Assembly (NCBI GenBank): GCA_965213925.1
Contig: OZ243927.1
Coordinates: 1,056,001 to 1,120,000, forward strand
Direction: 5' to 3'
DNA: 64,000 nt
From: Trueperaceae bacterium
Lineage (GTDB): Bacteria > Deinococcota > Deinococci > Deinococcales > Trueperaceae
In this document: piece after piece, positions 48,685 through 58,228 of the stretch
Layout: every line of letters starts with the position of its first letter
Numbering within the stretch: position 1 is the first letter of the stretch
Made by a program: the position numbers and the translations under genes
The notes under the pieces: model-generated
Database searches by the model: none
What the model was told of the DNA's origin: nothing
The model's input: the letters and a program-made list of their open reading frames with translations, nothing else

Positions 48685-50480
48685 ACGAACTAGAAATCAC
48701 CGAAATCGCAGACCGCATGGTCAAACAGGGCGGTCCTGCGCTCCTATTTGAGAACGTCGAAGGCAAAAGCTTTCCGCTCGTTATCGGGCTTTACGGCACG
48801 CGAGAGCGCATGGCGCTCGCGCTCGGCGCAGAGAGCCTAGACGCGATTGGCGAGCGCATCCGCAACCTCACCGAGGTCAAGCTGGGCGGCGGATTTTTAG
48901 GTCTCGCCTCGAACCTGCCGAAGCTCAAAGAACTCGCCTCACTGCCGCCTAAGCGTGTGCGCTCGGGTCCGGTGCAAGAGGTGGTATGGCGCGGCGATGA
49001 GGTGGACTTGCACAAACTTCCCGTGCTGAAATGTTGGCCCCAAGACGGCGGTCCCTTCGTCACGCTGCCTTTGGTCACCTCTAAAGACCCCGAAACAGGC
49101 GACGTCAATATCGGCATGTACCGGATGCAGGTCTTTGACCACAACACGACGGGGATGCACTGGCAGCGGCACAAGACGGGGGCAAGGCACCTAGAGAAAG
49201 CGAAGAGGTTGGGCACAAGGCTCGAGGTTGCCGTCGCTTTAGGTGGAGACCCCGCGCTCACATACGCGGCGACCGCGCCTATTCCACCGATTCCCGGCAT
49301 CAATGAGTTCTCGCTCACCGGTTTTTTGAGGGGAAAATCTATCGAACTTTGCAAGGGCGTCACGGTAGATTTGGACGTTCCGGCGCAAGCGGAGTTTGTT
49401 TTGGAGGGTTACATCGACCCGAACGAACCCTGGCGCGCCGAGGGACCCTTCGGCGACCACACGGGCTTTTACACCCTCCAAGACCTCTACCCCGCCTTTC
49501 ACGTCACTGCGATTACGATGCGCAAGAACCCGGTCTATCCCGCGACCATCGTGGGGCGTCCGCCGATGGAGGACGCCTACCTCATCGAAGCGTCTGAACG
49601 CATCTTTCTCGTTCCGGCGCAGCTCATCTTACCCGAGCTGCGCGACTACCACATGCCGCCCGCGGGCATCGCGCACAACTTGGTCAATATCGCCATCGAC
49701 AAGGAATACCCCGGTCAGGCGTACAAGGTCGCTAATGGACTTTTAGGGCTCGGGCAGATGATGTTTGCAAAGGTCTTGCTCGTCACGGATGAAGAGGTAG
49801 AGCCGCAGCGTCACCTAGCGTTCTGGCGCACTGTGCTCAAAAACGCCGTGCCGGGACGCGACTCGCAGTTTGCGAAGGGTCCGACCGACGTGCTGGACCA
49901 CTCGAGCCGCGCCTGGAGCTACGGCAGTAAGCTTATCGTGGACGGAACCGTAAAGCATGACGAAGAGGGGGAGAATGCAGCCTGGCAGCCTAACCCGACA
50001 CGCTTAGAGAAGGATTTACCGAAACACCCCGAGGTTGCGCGCCAGCATCAGTTGGCGGGCGGCTTCTGGTTCATCACGGCGCAGAAGAGGCGGGCGGGGC
50101 AGGGTCAGCGCTTGGGCGAGTGGGCGGCGCAGCAACCGCACGCGGAAGGCGTAAGGCTCATCGCAGTGTTGGACGAAGAGACGAACCCGCAGGACTTCGA
50201 GGACTGTATCTGGACGCTCTTAAATAACATCGACCCCGAGCGCGACGTGCAGATTTTAGAGGGGCCGAGCGGTCCGATGTTTGTGATGGACGGCACGCCT
50301 AAACTCCTTGAAGAGGGCTTCTCCCGCGACTGGCCCGATAAAATTACGATGACGAAAGCCGTTCAGCGCAAAGTGGATGAGATGTTGCCGCGCTTGGGTT
50401 TGGCTGGGACCATAAGTAGAGAAGAAGCTGTGTATCCAACGAAAGGAAAACTTTCTGAGCCTGTAACCGAACGGTCGTAG
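48606..50480 (+). CDS. UbiD-family (menaquinone biosynthesis) decarboxylase
   Basis: GPALLFENV, NIGMYR.Q, EGPFGDHTGFY, ATIVGRPPMED, LDH, duplicated C-terminal DP.RD module. Confidence 0.92.
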   Translation: MYSNLQSFIAELEKRGELIRIKESVSHELEITEIADRMVKQGGPALLFENVEGKSFPLVIGLYGTRERMALALGAESLDAIGERIRNLTEVKLGGGFLGLASNLPKLKELASLPPKRVRSGPVQEVVWRGDEVDLHKLPVLKCWPQDGGPFVTLPLVTSKDPETGDVNIGMYRMQVFDHNTTGMHWQRHKTGARHLEKAKRLGTRLEVAVALGGDPALTYAATAPIPPIPGINEFSLTGFLRGKSIELCKGVTVDLDVPAQAEFVLEGYIDPNEPWRAEGPFGDHTGFYTLQDLYPAFHVTAITMRKNPVYPATIVGRPPMEDAYLIEASERIFLVPAQLILPELRDYHMPPAGIAHNLVNIAIDKEYPGQAYKVANGLLGLGQMMFAKVLLVTDEEVEPQRHLAFWRTVLKNAVPGRDSQFAKGPTDVLDHSSRAWSYGSKLIVDGTVKHDEEGENAAWQPNPTRLEKDLPKHPEVARQHQLAGGFWFITAQKRRAGQGQRLGEWAAQQPHAEGVRLIAVLDEETNPQDFEDCIWTLLNNIDPERDVQILEGPSGPMFVMDGTPKLLEEGFSRDWPDKITMTKAVQRKVDEMLPRLGLAGTISREEAVYPTKGKLSEPVTERS

Positions 50481-50513
50481 CCTTTCGCCCACTGTTCGAA
50501 GAGGTCTAAGCGT

Positions 50514-50897
50514 TCAGGCACTCGTGATGTCGGTCTGTGTGAAGTCATCACCGACATAGAGGAGCGGCTTGCGGGCGACTTTAGCGGTGGCGTAGCTGAG
50601 GCAATCGCCAAAGTTGAGTTTCGCAGAGTGATGCCCCTTGCCGAAGCGGAGAAAGGCGCTCGTAGCTTCGCGCCAGTGTTGATCGCCGAAGGGAATAACG
50701 TAGACGGCGTGAAGCTGCAAAAATTCGCCTAGAAGTTCTTCGGCGTTGCTTAGCCTCGAGCCCAAGACAAGGCTCGCTTCAACTAACGTAGGCGCACCGA
50801 CGCTGATCGCGTCAGCCTCACGCAGCTTGCGTAAGAGCGACTCGTAACCTGGTTCTTGTTGAATGGTTGCGACGATCATAGAGGTGTCTAAGACCAC
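50514..50897 (-). CDS. vapC: VapC PIN-domain toxin
   Basis: MVLDTS, E, RFGKG.H.AKLNFGDCLSYA, LL.VGDDF..TDI. Confidence 0.93.
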   Translation of the reverse strand: MVLDTSMIVATIQQEPGYESLLRKLREADAISVGAPTLVEASLVLGSRLSNAEELLGEFLQLHAVYVIPFGDQHWREATSAFLRFGKGHHSAKLNFGDCLSYATAKVARKPLLYVGDDFTQTDITSA

Positions 50898-51170
50898 CTA
50901 GAAGCCTTCGGAACCGTAGCCCAAAATCTCGTCTTGTTCCTCTTGAGAAATCCTTCTGCCACGTTTCTCCGCCGGAATTTTAGACCAGATGCGTTCCTCC
51001 ATGAGCGCGGTCAGCTCTTCGTCGGTTAGCTTGCGCTTGCCCGTTAGCTCGAGCCTACTTTTACGCTCCTCCAACGCCCTGCGAATCGCCTGCGTTTTGC
51101 TTTCCCCCGTAAGTTCACTCACCTCAGCGGCGAGCCTCTCAACCTCTTGGTTTTTAATGTTGAGCGCCAT
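50898..51170 (-). CDS. vapB: VapB antitoxin (Rv0623-like)
   Basis: MALNIKN.EVERLA.EV..LTGESKT.AIRRALEER...DEILGY. Confidence 0.9.
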   Translation of the reverse strand: MALNIKNQEVERLAAEVSELTGESKTQAIRRALEERKSRLELTGKRKLTDEELTALMEERIWSKIPAEKRGRRISQEEQDEILGYGSEGF

Positions 51171-51342
51171 AAACTGAGTATGAGGCAAGAGGTGTAAAAA
51201 GTCAAAAAGGGTGTATTCACCATGTTTACGTGTAATGTCTGCGTGTACGGTGAGCCGTCTCCTTCATCTCTTTAATGAAGCGAAACCGCGTCAGGCAAAG
51301 GGTTCTCTCATGAGGTCCCGTTAGGCTCAGCTTAACGCGCCT

Positions 51343-51490
51343 ATACGAATTCCGATTGATTCTTTATCAATCTGAGCGTAGCGAATAGGAACAAATATCT
51401 ACGCAGTTTTCCCGTAGAGAAACGGATGCAGTGTATGGACGTTTCCCCGAGGCTTTTTCTCGGTGATAGGGAATTAAACGTAATCCGTAT
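51343..51490. repeat. Family B long repeat (~150 bp, Deinococcus SRE-like)
   Basis: ATACGAATTCCGATTGA...ATCTGAGCGTAGCG...GGAATTAAACGTAATCCGTAT with inverted ends. Confidence 0.7.
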
Positions 51491-51514
51491 TACGCCAACT
51501 TGAGGAGGTTGTCA

Positions 51515-51988
51515 GTGAAACTGATTTGTACACTATGCGCCGCGCTCCTTCTGAGCACCCCCGCGCTCGCCCAAGAGCTTTACGTGGGCATCGGCGGAGC
51601 GCCGCCCACAAACGCCGACGACGAAACCATCGGGCTTAGCGCGCAGCTAGGCGTGGGGCTTTTAGGCGGCTTGAGCGTGCGAGCGGCGGCCGAGACGAGC
51701 GCGGACCTCTCGAGCTTTAGACTCGCGAGCGGCGACGTGCTCTTTAATATCGGCTTGCCGCTCACGCAGAGCAAAGCCTATTTCGGCGCGGGCGCGGACG
51801 TCTTTTTTGAGGAGCAGCCGGACGCCATCTCAGACGTGCAAAACGGTCCTTTCGGGGCGCACGTCCTCGGCGGCGGCGAGCTTCGCTTGGGGCGCTTCGG
51901 CGTGTTCGGCGAAGTGCAACCGGGTCTACTTTTCGAGGGTTTCGACACCTATATCAGGGCGAGGGCCGGTGTAAACCTGCACTTTTGA
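51515..51988 (+). CDS. Small outer-membrane beta-barrel protein
   Basis: Signal peptide, alternating beta strands, Y.GAG, terminal Phe; GAGGAGG RBS. Confidence 0.8.
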   Translation: MKLICTLCAALLLSTPALAQELYVGIGGAPPTNADDETIGLSAQLGVGLLGGLSVRAAAETSADLSSFRLASGDVLFNIGLPLTQSKAYFGAGADVFFEEQPDAISDVQNGPFGAHVLGGGELRLGRFGVFGEVQPGLLFEGFDTYIRARAGVNLHF

Positions 51989-52094
51989 GGCTTTGAGGGG
52001 CTCACCACACGAACTCGGATTCCCCCTAAAACGCTACGTCCTTAGTTTAGGCGAAGGAACCTCGAGCCAGAGCTTAGCGGAAACAGAATAAAGC

Positions 52095-52134
52095 TGACTA
52101 AGAGGTGCCGATGTGTATCGGCACCTCTTAGTCA
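52095..52134. repeat. Perfect 18-bp stem hairpin
   Basis: TGACTAAGAGGTGCCGAT-GTGT-ATCGGCACCTCTTAGTCA. Confidence 0.8.
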
Positions 52135-52160
52135 TGAGGCGGGTGAAGTAACGGCACCGT

Positions 52161-52237
52161 TTCCGATTGATACGGATTCCAATGAGCACGGAAGAAACTC
52201 CAAAGGAGTTTGTGGAGTAATCAATCGGAATCCGTAT
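52161..52237. repeat. Family B short hairpin repeat
   Basis: ATACGGATTCC...AAACTC.AAAG.GTTTG...CGGAATCCGTAT, similar to 42068-42135. Confidence 0.75.
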
Positions 52238-52291
52238 AACCCGCTTGGCTTGCCTGCTTTGTCTGACGTTCGCGCCCTGTCGCAACGTATT

Positions 52292-52338
52292 CGAGCCCTC
52301 CTGAGTCGTCTGCCAGACGACTCAGGAGGGCTCGTTTT
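52292..52338. terminator. 21-bp perfect hairpin, probable terminator
   Basis: CGAGCCCTCCTGAGTCGTCTG-C-CAGACGACTCAGGAGGGCTCG-TTTT between convergent genes. Confidence 0.7.
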
Positions 52339-52392
52339 GTCAGCTCAGTGGATGAGATGACTTAATGTTTTTTGCTGCTCACTGAGAGCGGC

Positions 52393-54051
52393 TTACCACT
52401 TGTTGCCGCACCCCTTGTTGTACTTCACGTAATTCCTGCGGTCGTAGCTCTTGTTGTTGCAGGCTTTGTTGCCTTTGGTGATTACGAAACCCGTTTGGCG
52501 CGCGTTGCGTGAGACGTTGTTGCGCAGCATGAGTCCTTCGCTGTTGTTCGTGGTGAAGTTGACGATGTTGCCTTCCGCTCTATTATTGATCGCGACGTTG
52601 TTGGCTCTACCTTTGGTCTCGCGCGAGCCGAGTTTGAAACCGCGACCGTTACCCGACTTGCCGCGCCCGTTGTTCTTAGCGGTGCAGTTTTCGACGCGGG
52701 TCTCTTTCGAGGTCCAGATATCGACGCCGTCATCCGAGTTGTTGTAAACCGTGCAGTTCTTGACGAGGTTTCTGTAGCCACCAGGCATCTTGAGACCGTC
52801 GGCGGAGTCGCCGCCATTCTGCCTGCTGTAGTTGTTATACGACTTGAAGTTCATGGCGGTGTTGTACTTGCCCAACATGTAGATGCCGTCGGAGTGGTTG
52901 CTGTGCGAGATGACGCCGTCGACGATGTTGTGGTTACCGCTCATAAACAGGCCACGCCCGGCGCTGTCCTTAAAGGTGATGTTTTTGACGATGTAGTAGT
53001 CGCCGGTGATTCTCAGAAGGACGGGGCTGCTAACGCCTTTATACTGCCGGTAGCTTCTCCGGCTGCCGTCGAGGGTGGCACGTTCGCCGGGGCAGCTCAT
53101 GATGGTGATGGGCTTACCTTTTTTGCCGTCGCGCTTAAAGGCTTGGCGGTCGTAGCCGGCATAAACTTGGTAGGTACCTTTATACGTGCCGCCGCGCAAG
53201 CAGACCGTGTCGCCCGGCTTGACCGTTCTCGCCGCTTTGAGGAGGGTTTTCCAGGGTCTCTTCTTCGAGCCGCTGTTGCTGTCGCTACCTTTAGGCGAGA
53301 TGTAGTAGTCGATATTGCCCGTTTTAACTTTCGGACCTGAGCTGACGGGTGCGCTCTTAGACGAGCTGTCGCCGCCGCTATACTTGATGACGAGCTGAGG
53401 TGCACCGCTTTTGCTGCCGCGGTAGGACTCGGCGACGCGCCGGTCGTTCTTATCGTTGCCCGAGATAATGAAGGTCATCGCGTTACCGTAGTCCCAGCCT
53501 TTGCGGTCGGTGACCTCTTCGACAACCTTGTCGAGGTCGGGGGTGCGCTGCTTTTTGCCACGCTCGCCACGCTTTTTCCAAGCGTCAATTTTCCAGCTTA
53601 CCGAAGCGGAGGTTTTGCTGCGCTTCGAGATACCCTTGTTGCGACCCTGCGAAAAGCCCGACGAGTCGTCGGTGTCGTGGGCGCGGATGCGCACCTTGAC
53701 GTAGCCCGAATCGGTCTCGTCCGCCTTGAACTGGATATACGCATCTTTAATGTCTGCGCCGCGCGGCACCTTGACGTTGTTGAAGCGCAAGCCGACAAGC
53801 TGCTGTCCGCGTTTGGTGTCGTGGGTCAGCTCCAGGTCGGTACTGGTATTGACGACCAGACCTGACTTTCTCTCTTCGGCGTTGTCGCGGTTAGAGGAAA
53901 CGCGCGCCTCTGTCGTCTTCGTTTTAGCCGCGTTCTCTAATTCGGGCACTTCTTCCAAGCCGCTGCTACACGCTGCGAGTAGCAGCGCGACGCTGGCGAC
54001 AAGTAGCACGAGTTTGCTGCTACACGACGTTGTAGATGACTTGACTTCCAT
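52393..54051 (-). CDS. Lipoprotein with right-handed beta-helix (PL9/DUF1565-like) domain
   Basis: Lipobox LLAAC; YYISPKGSDSNSG...PWKT, PGDTV.LRGGTY, NSDDG.D, GNG.GFKLG. Confidence 0.82.
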   Translation of the reverse strand: MEVKSSTTSCSSKLVLLVASVALLLAACSSGLEEVPELENAAKTKTTEARVSSNRDNAEERKSGLVVNTSTDLELTHDTKRGQQLVGLRFNNVKVPRGADIKDAYIQFKADETDSGYVKVRIRAHDTDDSSGFSQGRNKGISKRSKTSASVSWKIDAWKKRGERGKKQRTPDLDKVVEEVTDRKGWDYGNAMTFIISGNDKNDRRVAESYRGSKSGAPQLVIKYSGGDSSSKSAPVSSGPKVKTGNIDYYISPKGSDSNSGSKKRPWKTLLKAARTVKPGDTVCLRGGTYKGTYQVYAGYDRQAFKRDGKKGKPITIMSCPGERATLDGSRRSYRQYKGVSSPVLLRITGDYYIVKNITFKDSAGRGLFMSGNHNIVDGVISHSNHSDGIYMLGKYNTAMNFKSYNNYSRQNGGDSADGLKMPGGYRNLVKNCTVYNNSDDGVDIWTSKETRVENCTAKNNGRGKSGNGRGFKLGSRETKGRANNVAINNRAEGNIVNFTTNNSEGLMLRNNVSRNARQTGFVITKGNKACNNKSYDRRNYVKYNKGCGNKW

Positions 54052-54728
54052 AAATGACTCTCTTTCTGCTGCCCAGCATTTTAGAATGTGACTGGCTTGA
54101 CCCAGCCGCCCTGAACCGCAACACGGCATATAGACTTGAGGTACCAAGCCTTGCGGCGTTGCGTATTTGTGCCTACTAGTCTCAGCTTGTGGGCTACTAG
54201 TTGTACCTTGCCACGCGCTGTTTGTCGTAGACACGCTGTGGATTTCTGAGGGGAGGCCGTCCTCAGTTACTCAGAAGGTATCGCGGACGATTATTAAAAT
54301 CATTAAGGGTTTTTGTGCAAATCATTAGTACAAAACTGAGAAATCTCATCAGGGAGGAGTTTTATCGGCTCACCGAAGTGAAATCCACTCTCACATAGGG
54401 CCGTTAAATTAAGAATTTCACACGGTTAAGCTCTAATAAATGCGCTCCAAAAATGCCCTAGCTAGCATTCTTCGGTGCGCCTCACAGGTGAGTCATCAGG
54501 CGACGTCGTCTCGAGCGGCGCAGTTCACGCTTGCAACTCTCATCTTGAGACAAACCTTTCATGAACAGTTCTTTTGAAGCACTTAGCTGAAGGGGTTATC
54601 GCCGAGAAAAGGTGTCTCTCTGTTCGCTTAAACCCTCAGCGCCGAGCGGCGTCGCGCGAACTTGGGTGACCGTTTGCGCGTTTCGAGGAGCGCTCAACCG
54701 ACTTCTTCGCCCCGGTATTGCGAATCGC

Positions 54729-54758
54729 TTGACACGCTCCGGTGTGAAAGAGTACACT
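54729..54758 (+). promoter_or_regulatory. Sigma70 promoter of tRNA-fMet/era
   Basis: TTGACA-18 nt-TACACT, 14 nt before the tRNA. Confidence 0.75.
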
Positions 54759-54772
54759 TGTTTTTGCTGCGT

Positions 54773-54846
<74 letters not shown>

Positions 54847-54921
54847 TTAGAATGAAGGAAGGCTCACAGACGATGTCATAGTGAGTCTTTTTTCTTGTTT
54901 AGACTTGTTTAGAGGAGCATT

Positions 54922-55836
54922 ATGTCTGATTCTTCAGAGATCACCTATTCGGGCTTCGTCGCCATTCTTGGTAAGCCCAACGTCGGTAAATCGACCCTAC
55001 TCAATACCCTTTTAGGCGTCAAGGTTGCGCCGATCACGCCCAAGCCGCAGACGACGCGGCGCGGCGTGCGCGGCGTCTACAGCGAGGAAAACCGCCAGCT
55101 CGTCTTCGTGGATACGCCGGGCTACCACCGCGCCCAGGACGCTTTAGGCGACTACATGAACCGCGAGGTGCGCACCGCCATCGCCGACGTAGACCGCATC
55201 CTCTGGCTCGTAGACCTGCGCAGACCTCCTAACGACGAGGACAAGGCGGTCGCGCGGCTTTTGCAAGGTATCGACCCGGCGACGCCTATTTACCTCATTG
55301 GCAATAAGCTCGACGTCGCCAAATATCCAGAGGAAGCGCTGGACCTCTATAAAGACCTCTTGCCTAGTGTCAGCAAGGTCTATAGCTTGAGCGCTTTGGA
55401 TGACCCCGAAGCGGTCTACGCGCTTCGTGAAGACCTCTTTACAGACCTGCCCGAAGGTCCCTTTTTCTTCCCCGACAATATCCGCAGCGACCAGTCGCTC
55501 GAGGACTGGATCGGCGAACTGATCCGCGAGAGCGCGATGACGCACCTGCGTCAAGAGTTGCCTTATGCGGTCGCCGTACAAGTTTTAGAGGTGCGCGAGA
55601 ACGAAGAGGAAGACAAACCCCTCTACATCCTGGCGGAAATCTGGGTGGAGCGCCCCAACCACCGGATGATCGTGCTAGGCAAGGGGGGCAGCATGATCCG
55701 CGAAATCGGGCGCACGGCGCGCAAACAGTTAGAGATTTTCGTCGGACAGAAGATATACCTGGACTTAGAAGTCACCGTTCACAAGGCGTGGCGCGAAGAC
55801 CCCGAAGCGTTGCGCGAACTCGGCTATGAGAGTTAG
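54922..55836 (+). CDS. era: GTPase Era
   Basis: GKPNVGKSTL, PQTTR, DTPG, NKLD, KH domain GKGG. Confidence 0.97.
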   Translation: MSDSSEITYSGFVAILGKPNVGKSTLLNTLLGVKVAPITPKPQTTRRGVRGVYSEENRQLVFVDTPGYHRAQDALGDYMNREVRTAIADVDRILWLVDLRRPPNDEDKAVARLLQGIDPATPIYLIGNKLDVAKYPEEALDLYKDLLPSVSKVYSLSALDDPEAVYALREDLFTDLPEGPFFFPDNIRSDQSLEDWIGELIRESAMTHLRQELPYAVAVQVLEVRENEEEDKPLYILAEIWVERPNHRMIVLGKGGSMIREIGRTARKQLEIFVGQKIYLDLEVTVHKAWREDPEALRELGYES

Positions 55837-55967
55837 CGCTAAAGCGCGACTAGGTGCTGCGGACGCCGCTGCGCCCCTGTTCGCTCGAGACGCTCGCTCA
55901 CAGGTCCTTCCGCTAGAACAAGAGATGCCGATTTCGTCAACGCAGTTACCCGCACCTTCACGCAGCT

Positions 55968-56318
55968 ATGCCGATTAGCGCTCGCTGGCGCAAGGTAGAA
56001 GCGCTACTCGAAGCGCGCGGGCGCGACGCGCTGCCGGGCGTTTATGAACTCGCCGACGAGAAGAAGCGCGTCATCTACATCGGGCAGTCGGCTAGAGACG
56101 TTCCCAACCGCATCCGCCAACATTTAGCTAAAAACGCCTGTGTCGCCGAGCACGTCGCCTACTGGCGCTACGCCTACAGCCGCGTGCCGCAAGCGGACGA
56201 GGCGGCGCACATAGAAGCCTACCGCGTGCGTCACGGTGCGCTACCCCCGTGCAACCGCGCCACGCCCCTTGTGCGGACGGCGAAGCGGCGTTATTCAGAG
56301 CGTAGCAGAGAAGAGTGA
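55968..56318 (+). CDS. Stand-alone GIY-YIG nuclease-like protein
   Basis: PGVYEL...VIYIGQS....RIRQH...E...P.CN. Confidence 0.8.
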   Translation: MPISARWRKVEALLEARGRDALPGVYELADEKKRVIYIGQSARDVPNRIRQHLAKNACVAEHVAYWRYAYSRVPQADEAAHIEAYRVRHGALPPCNRATPLVRTAKRRYSERSREE

Positions 56319-56626
56319 CGCAGTATCCGCTAAACCTCTTGCGAGCACGCCCCTGTACTTTCCTGAAATCTTCATGTGGTCAACGACAGTCGCGCCGAAC
56401 GTTCATACACGTGGTGAGCTTTTGAAGTACACCGCGTGCGCTTCATCACAGTCGGTTAGTGGAAAAATCGCCTAGCGTAGCGGAGACCTTCTGCCTAAAT
56501 TGTGCAGTATACTCACAAAAGCTGTAGCTCTTCCTACTTGTAGCTTGACGAAAGTGCGTGTTATAAAGGCGACAGCGTGGGAGATACCTAAAATTTCTCA
56601 CTTAACCTTGGAGGGAGTAAAGATAT

Positions 56627-57112
56627 ATGCGTAAACTATTGATTACATTGGCAGGGGTTCTCGTTCTAGGATTGGGGGCTGTCAACGCTCAAACAATTGA
56701 CGATACAGCCACCTCGGATTACTACGCGGGGGGCTCGCTAGGGCTTATCTTCTCGCCCGATGTGACGGGGTCGCTCGCAGGGCAGTTCGGTCTCAGGGAT
56801 TTTCTAACCGAGAATCTGGACGCCCGTTTCGACTTAGGCGTGCTTTTCGACGGTGGTTTTAACGTCGGGGCGAACGCACTCTACAACTTTCCGCTCGAGG
56901 GCGACGTCCCCATCACCATCTACGCAGGTGGCGGACCTCGTCTTTACCTCGCAGACACTGTGCGTTTCGGCTTGAGCTTCCGCGGCGGCGCTGAATACCC
57001 ATTTTCTGAAGTTATCGCAGGCTTCGGCGAGCTTCGCATTGACCCGGTCTTTGGCGGCAGCGGTGCGTTCACGTACTTCGGTTTAGCTGTTGGTGCGAAC
57101 TACAGCTTTTAA
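56627..57112 (+). CDS. Small outer-membrane beta-barrel protein
   Basis: Signal peptide, YAGGG, GGAEY, terminal YSF. Confidence 0.82.
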   Translation: MRKLLITLAGVLVLGLGAVNAQTIDDTATSDYYAGGSLGLIFSPDVTGSLAGQFGLRDFLTENLDARFDLGVLFDGGFNVGANALYNFPLEGDVPITIYAGGGPRLYLADTVRFGLSFRGGAEYPFSEVIAGFGELRIDPVFGGSGAFTYFGLAVGANYSF

Positions 57113-57122
57113 CCAACCTTTT

Positions 57123-57158
57123 GAGAAAGGGCTCGAGTCTAGACTCGAGCCCTTTCTC
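57123..57158. terminator. 36-bp perfect palindrome between convergent genes, overlapping the LysR stop
   Basis: GAGAAAGGGCTCGAGTCT|AGACTCGAGCCCTTTCTC. Confidence 0.65.
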
Positions 57159-58089
57159 TGCCTTCTTCGCGCTCGCTCAGAGTAGATTGAAGCTCGAGCT
57201 TAGGCAGTTCACTCTCTGGGAATTGCGTTTTAAGCACGCTAAGAAACACCCTTACCGCCGGAATTTTGAGGCTACTCGGCAGGGTGGCAACGTAGATGAT
57301 TCGCTCTAAAAGATTGTCTAGTGGCACGACTTTCACGTTGTCCGGCAATTCATCAATCGCGAATTCGGGTAAGACGCCGACGCCTAAGCCTTCCGAGACT
57401 AGGCGTAAGACCGTCGAATCCCCCTGCACGCTGTACGCAGGCGCTAACTCGAGGTTCAGCTCACGCGCGTACCTCTGGACGTGGTTGCCGCAGGTGTTAC
57501 AGTCAGAGAGGATAAAGGACGTTTGCGGCAAGTCAGACCAAGCGAGGACCGTGCGCGGGTCGCTTTCGTGGAGCAGGGCGCGGTAAGGGTCGCGCATAAG
57601 CTCCCAGGCGAGCAAGCTATCGTCCTCAGCGCTCTCTACAAACGCAATGTCGGCGAGGTGGTCGCGGACCATCTGCCGCTTCGTATGACCGTCTGGACCT
57701 TCGTTATCTCGCTCGATAAAACGCACATTTAATCCAGGATAGTCACGCCTCAATAGCGTAATCGCTTTAGGGATAATCTTTCCGGCAGCACTGCGGAAGG
57801 TCGCGACGGTGAGCGTCCCCTTGATCTCTCCTTTGGAGAGGTCCGCCTCTTGCTGGATGACCTCAGTTAGCTTCACCACGCCTCTCGCATGAGCGGAGAT
57901 CTTAGCGCCAATCTCAGTGGGCTCTGCGCCGAAGCGTCCGCGCTGCATGAGCTTCACACCGAGTTCGCGCTCCAACTCCGCAACCGCGTAGCTCAAGCTG
58001 GACTGCGCGACGCCTAAGTCCAAAGCCGCCTCGGAGAAACTCCCCGCTTCGGTGACGGCGAGTAACGCTCTAAGCTGCTGAAGTTTCAT
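57139..58089 (-). CDS. LysR-family transcriptional regulator
   Basis: GSFSEAA..L..AQS.LS..V..LE.ELG. Confidence 0.95.
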   Translation of the reverse strand: MKLQQLRALLAVTEAGSFSEAALDLGVAQSSLSYAVAELERELGVKLMQRGRFGAEPTEIGAKISAHARGVVKLTEVIQQEADLSKGEIKGTLTVATFRSAAGKIIPKAITLLRRDYPGLNVRFIERDNEGPDGHTKRQMVRDHLADIAFVESAEDDSLLAWELMRDPYRALLHESDPRTVLAWSDLPQTSFILSDCNTCGNHVQRYARELNLELAPAYSVQGDSTVLRLVSEGLGVGVLPEFAIDELPDNVKVVPLDNLLERIIYVATLPSSLKIPAVRVFLSVLKTQFPESELPKLELQSTLSEREEGRERARV

Positions 58090-58135
58090 CCCTCAGTCTA
58101 GCGCGTTTTGCGTGATACACGGGTAGGGTGCGCCC

Positions 58136-58150
58136 ATCGAAAAATTAGAT
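58136..58150. promoter_or_regulatory. Putative LysR box ATC-N9-GAT
   Basis: T-N11-A dyad between LysR and the divergent gene. Confidence 0.5.
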
Positions 58151-58228
58151 AGATGACCTCTTATCTAACATTAAAGGCTTTTGATTCTCCGCGCGCGACC
58201 TCTTAACCTGCTACTAAGGAGGTCGGAC

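Noticed and set aside
54052..54290. c-di-GMP or c-di-AMP riboswitch
   Set aside because: Consensus elements of these riboswitches were not found by eye
55968..56318. GIY-YIG gene as mobiliser of repeat family A
   Set aside because: No repeat copy flanks it and nothing in the sequence links them
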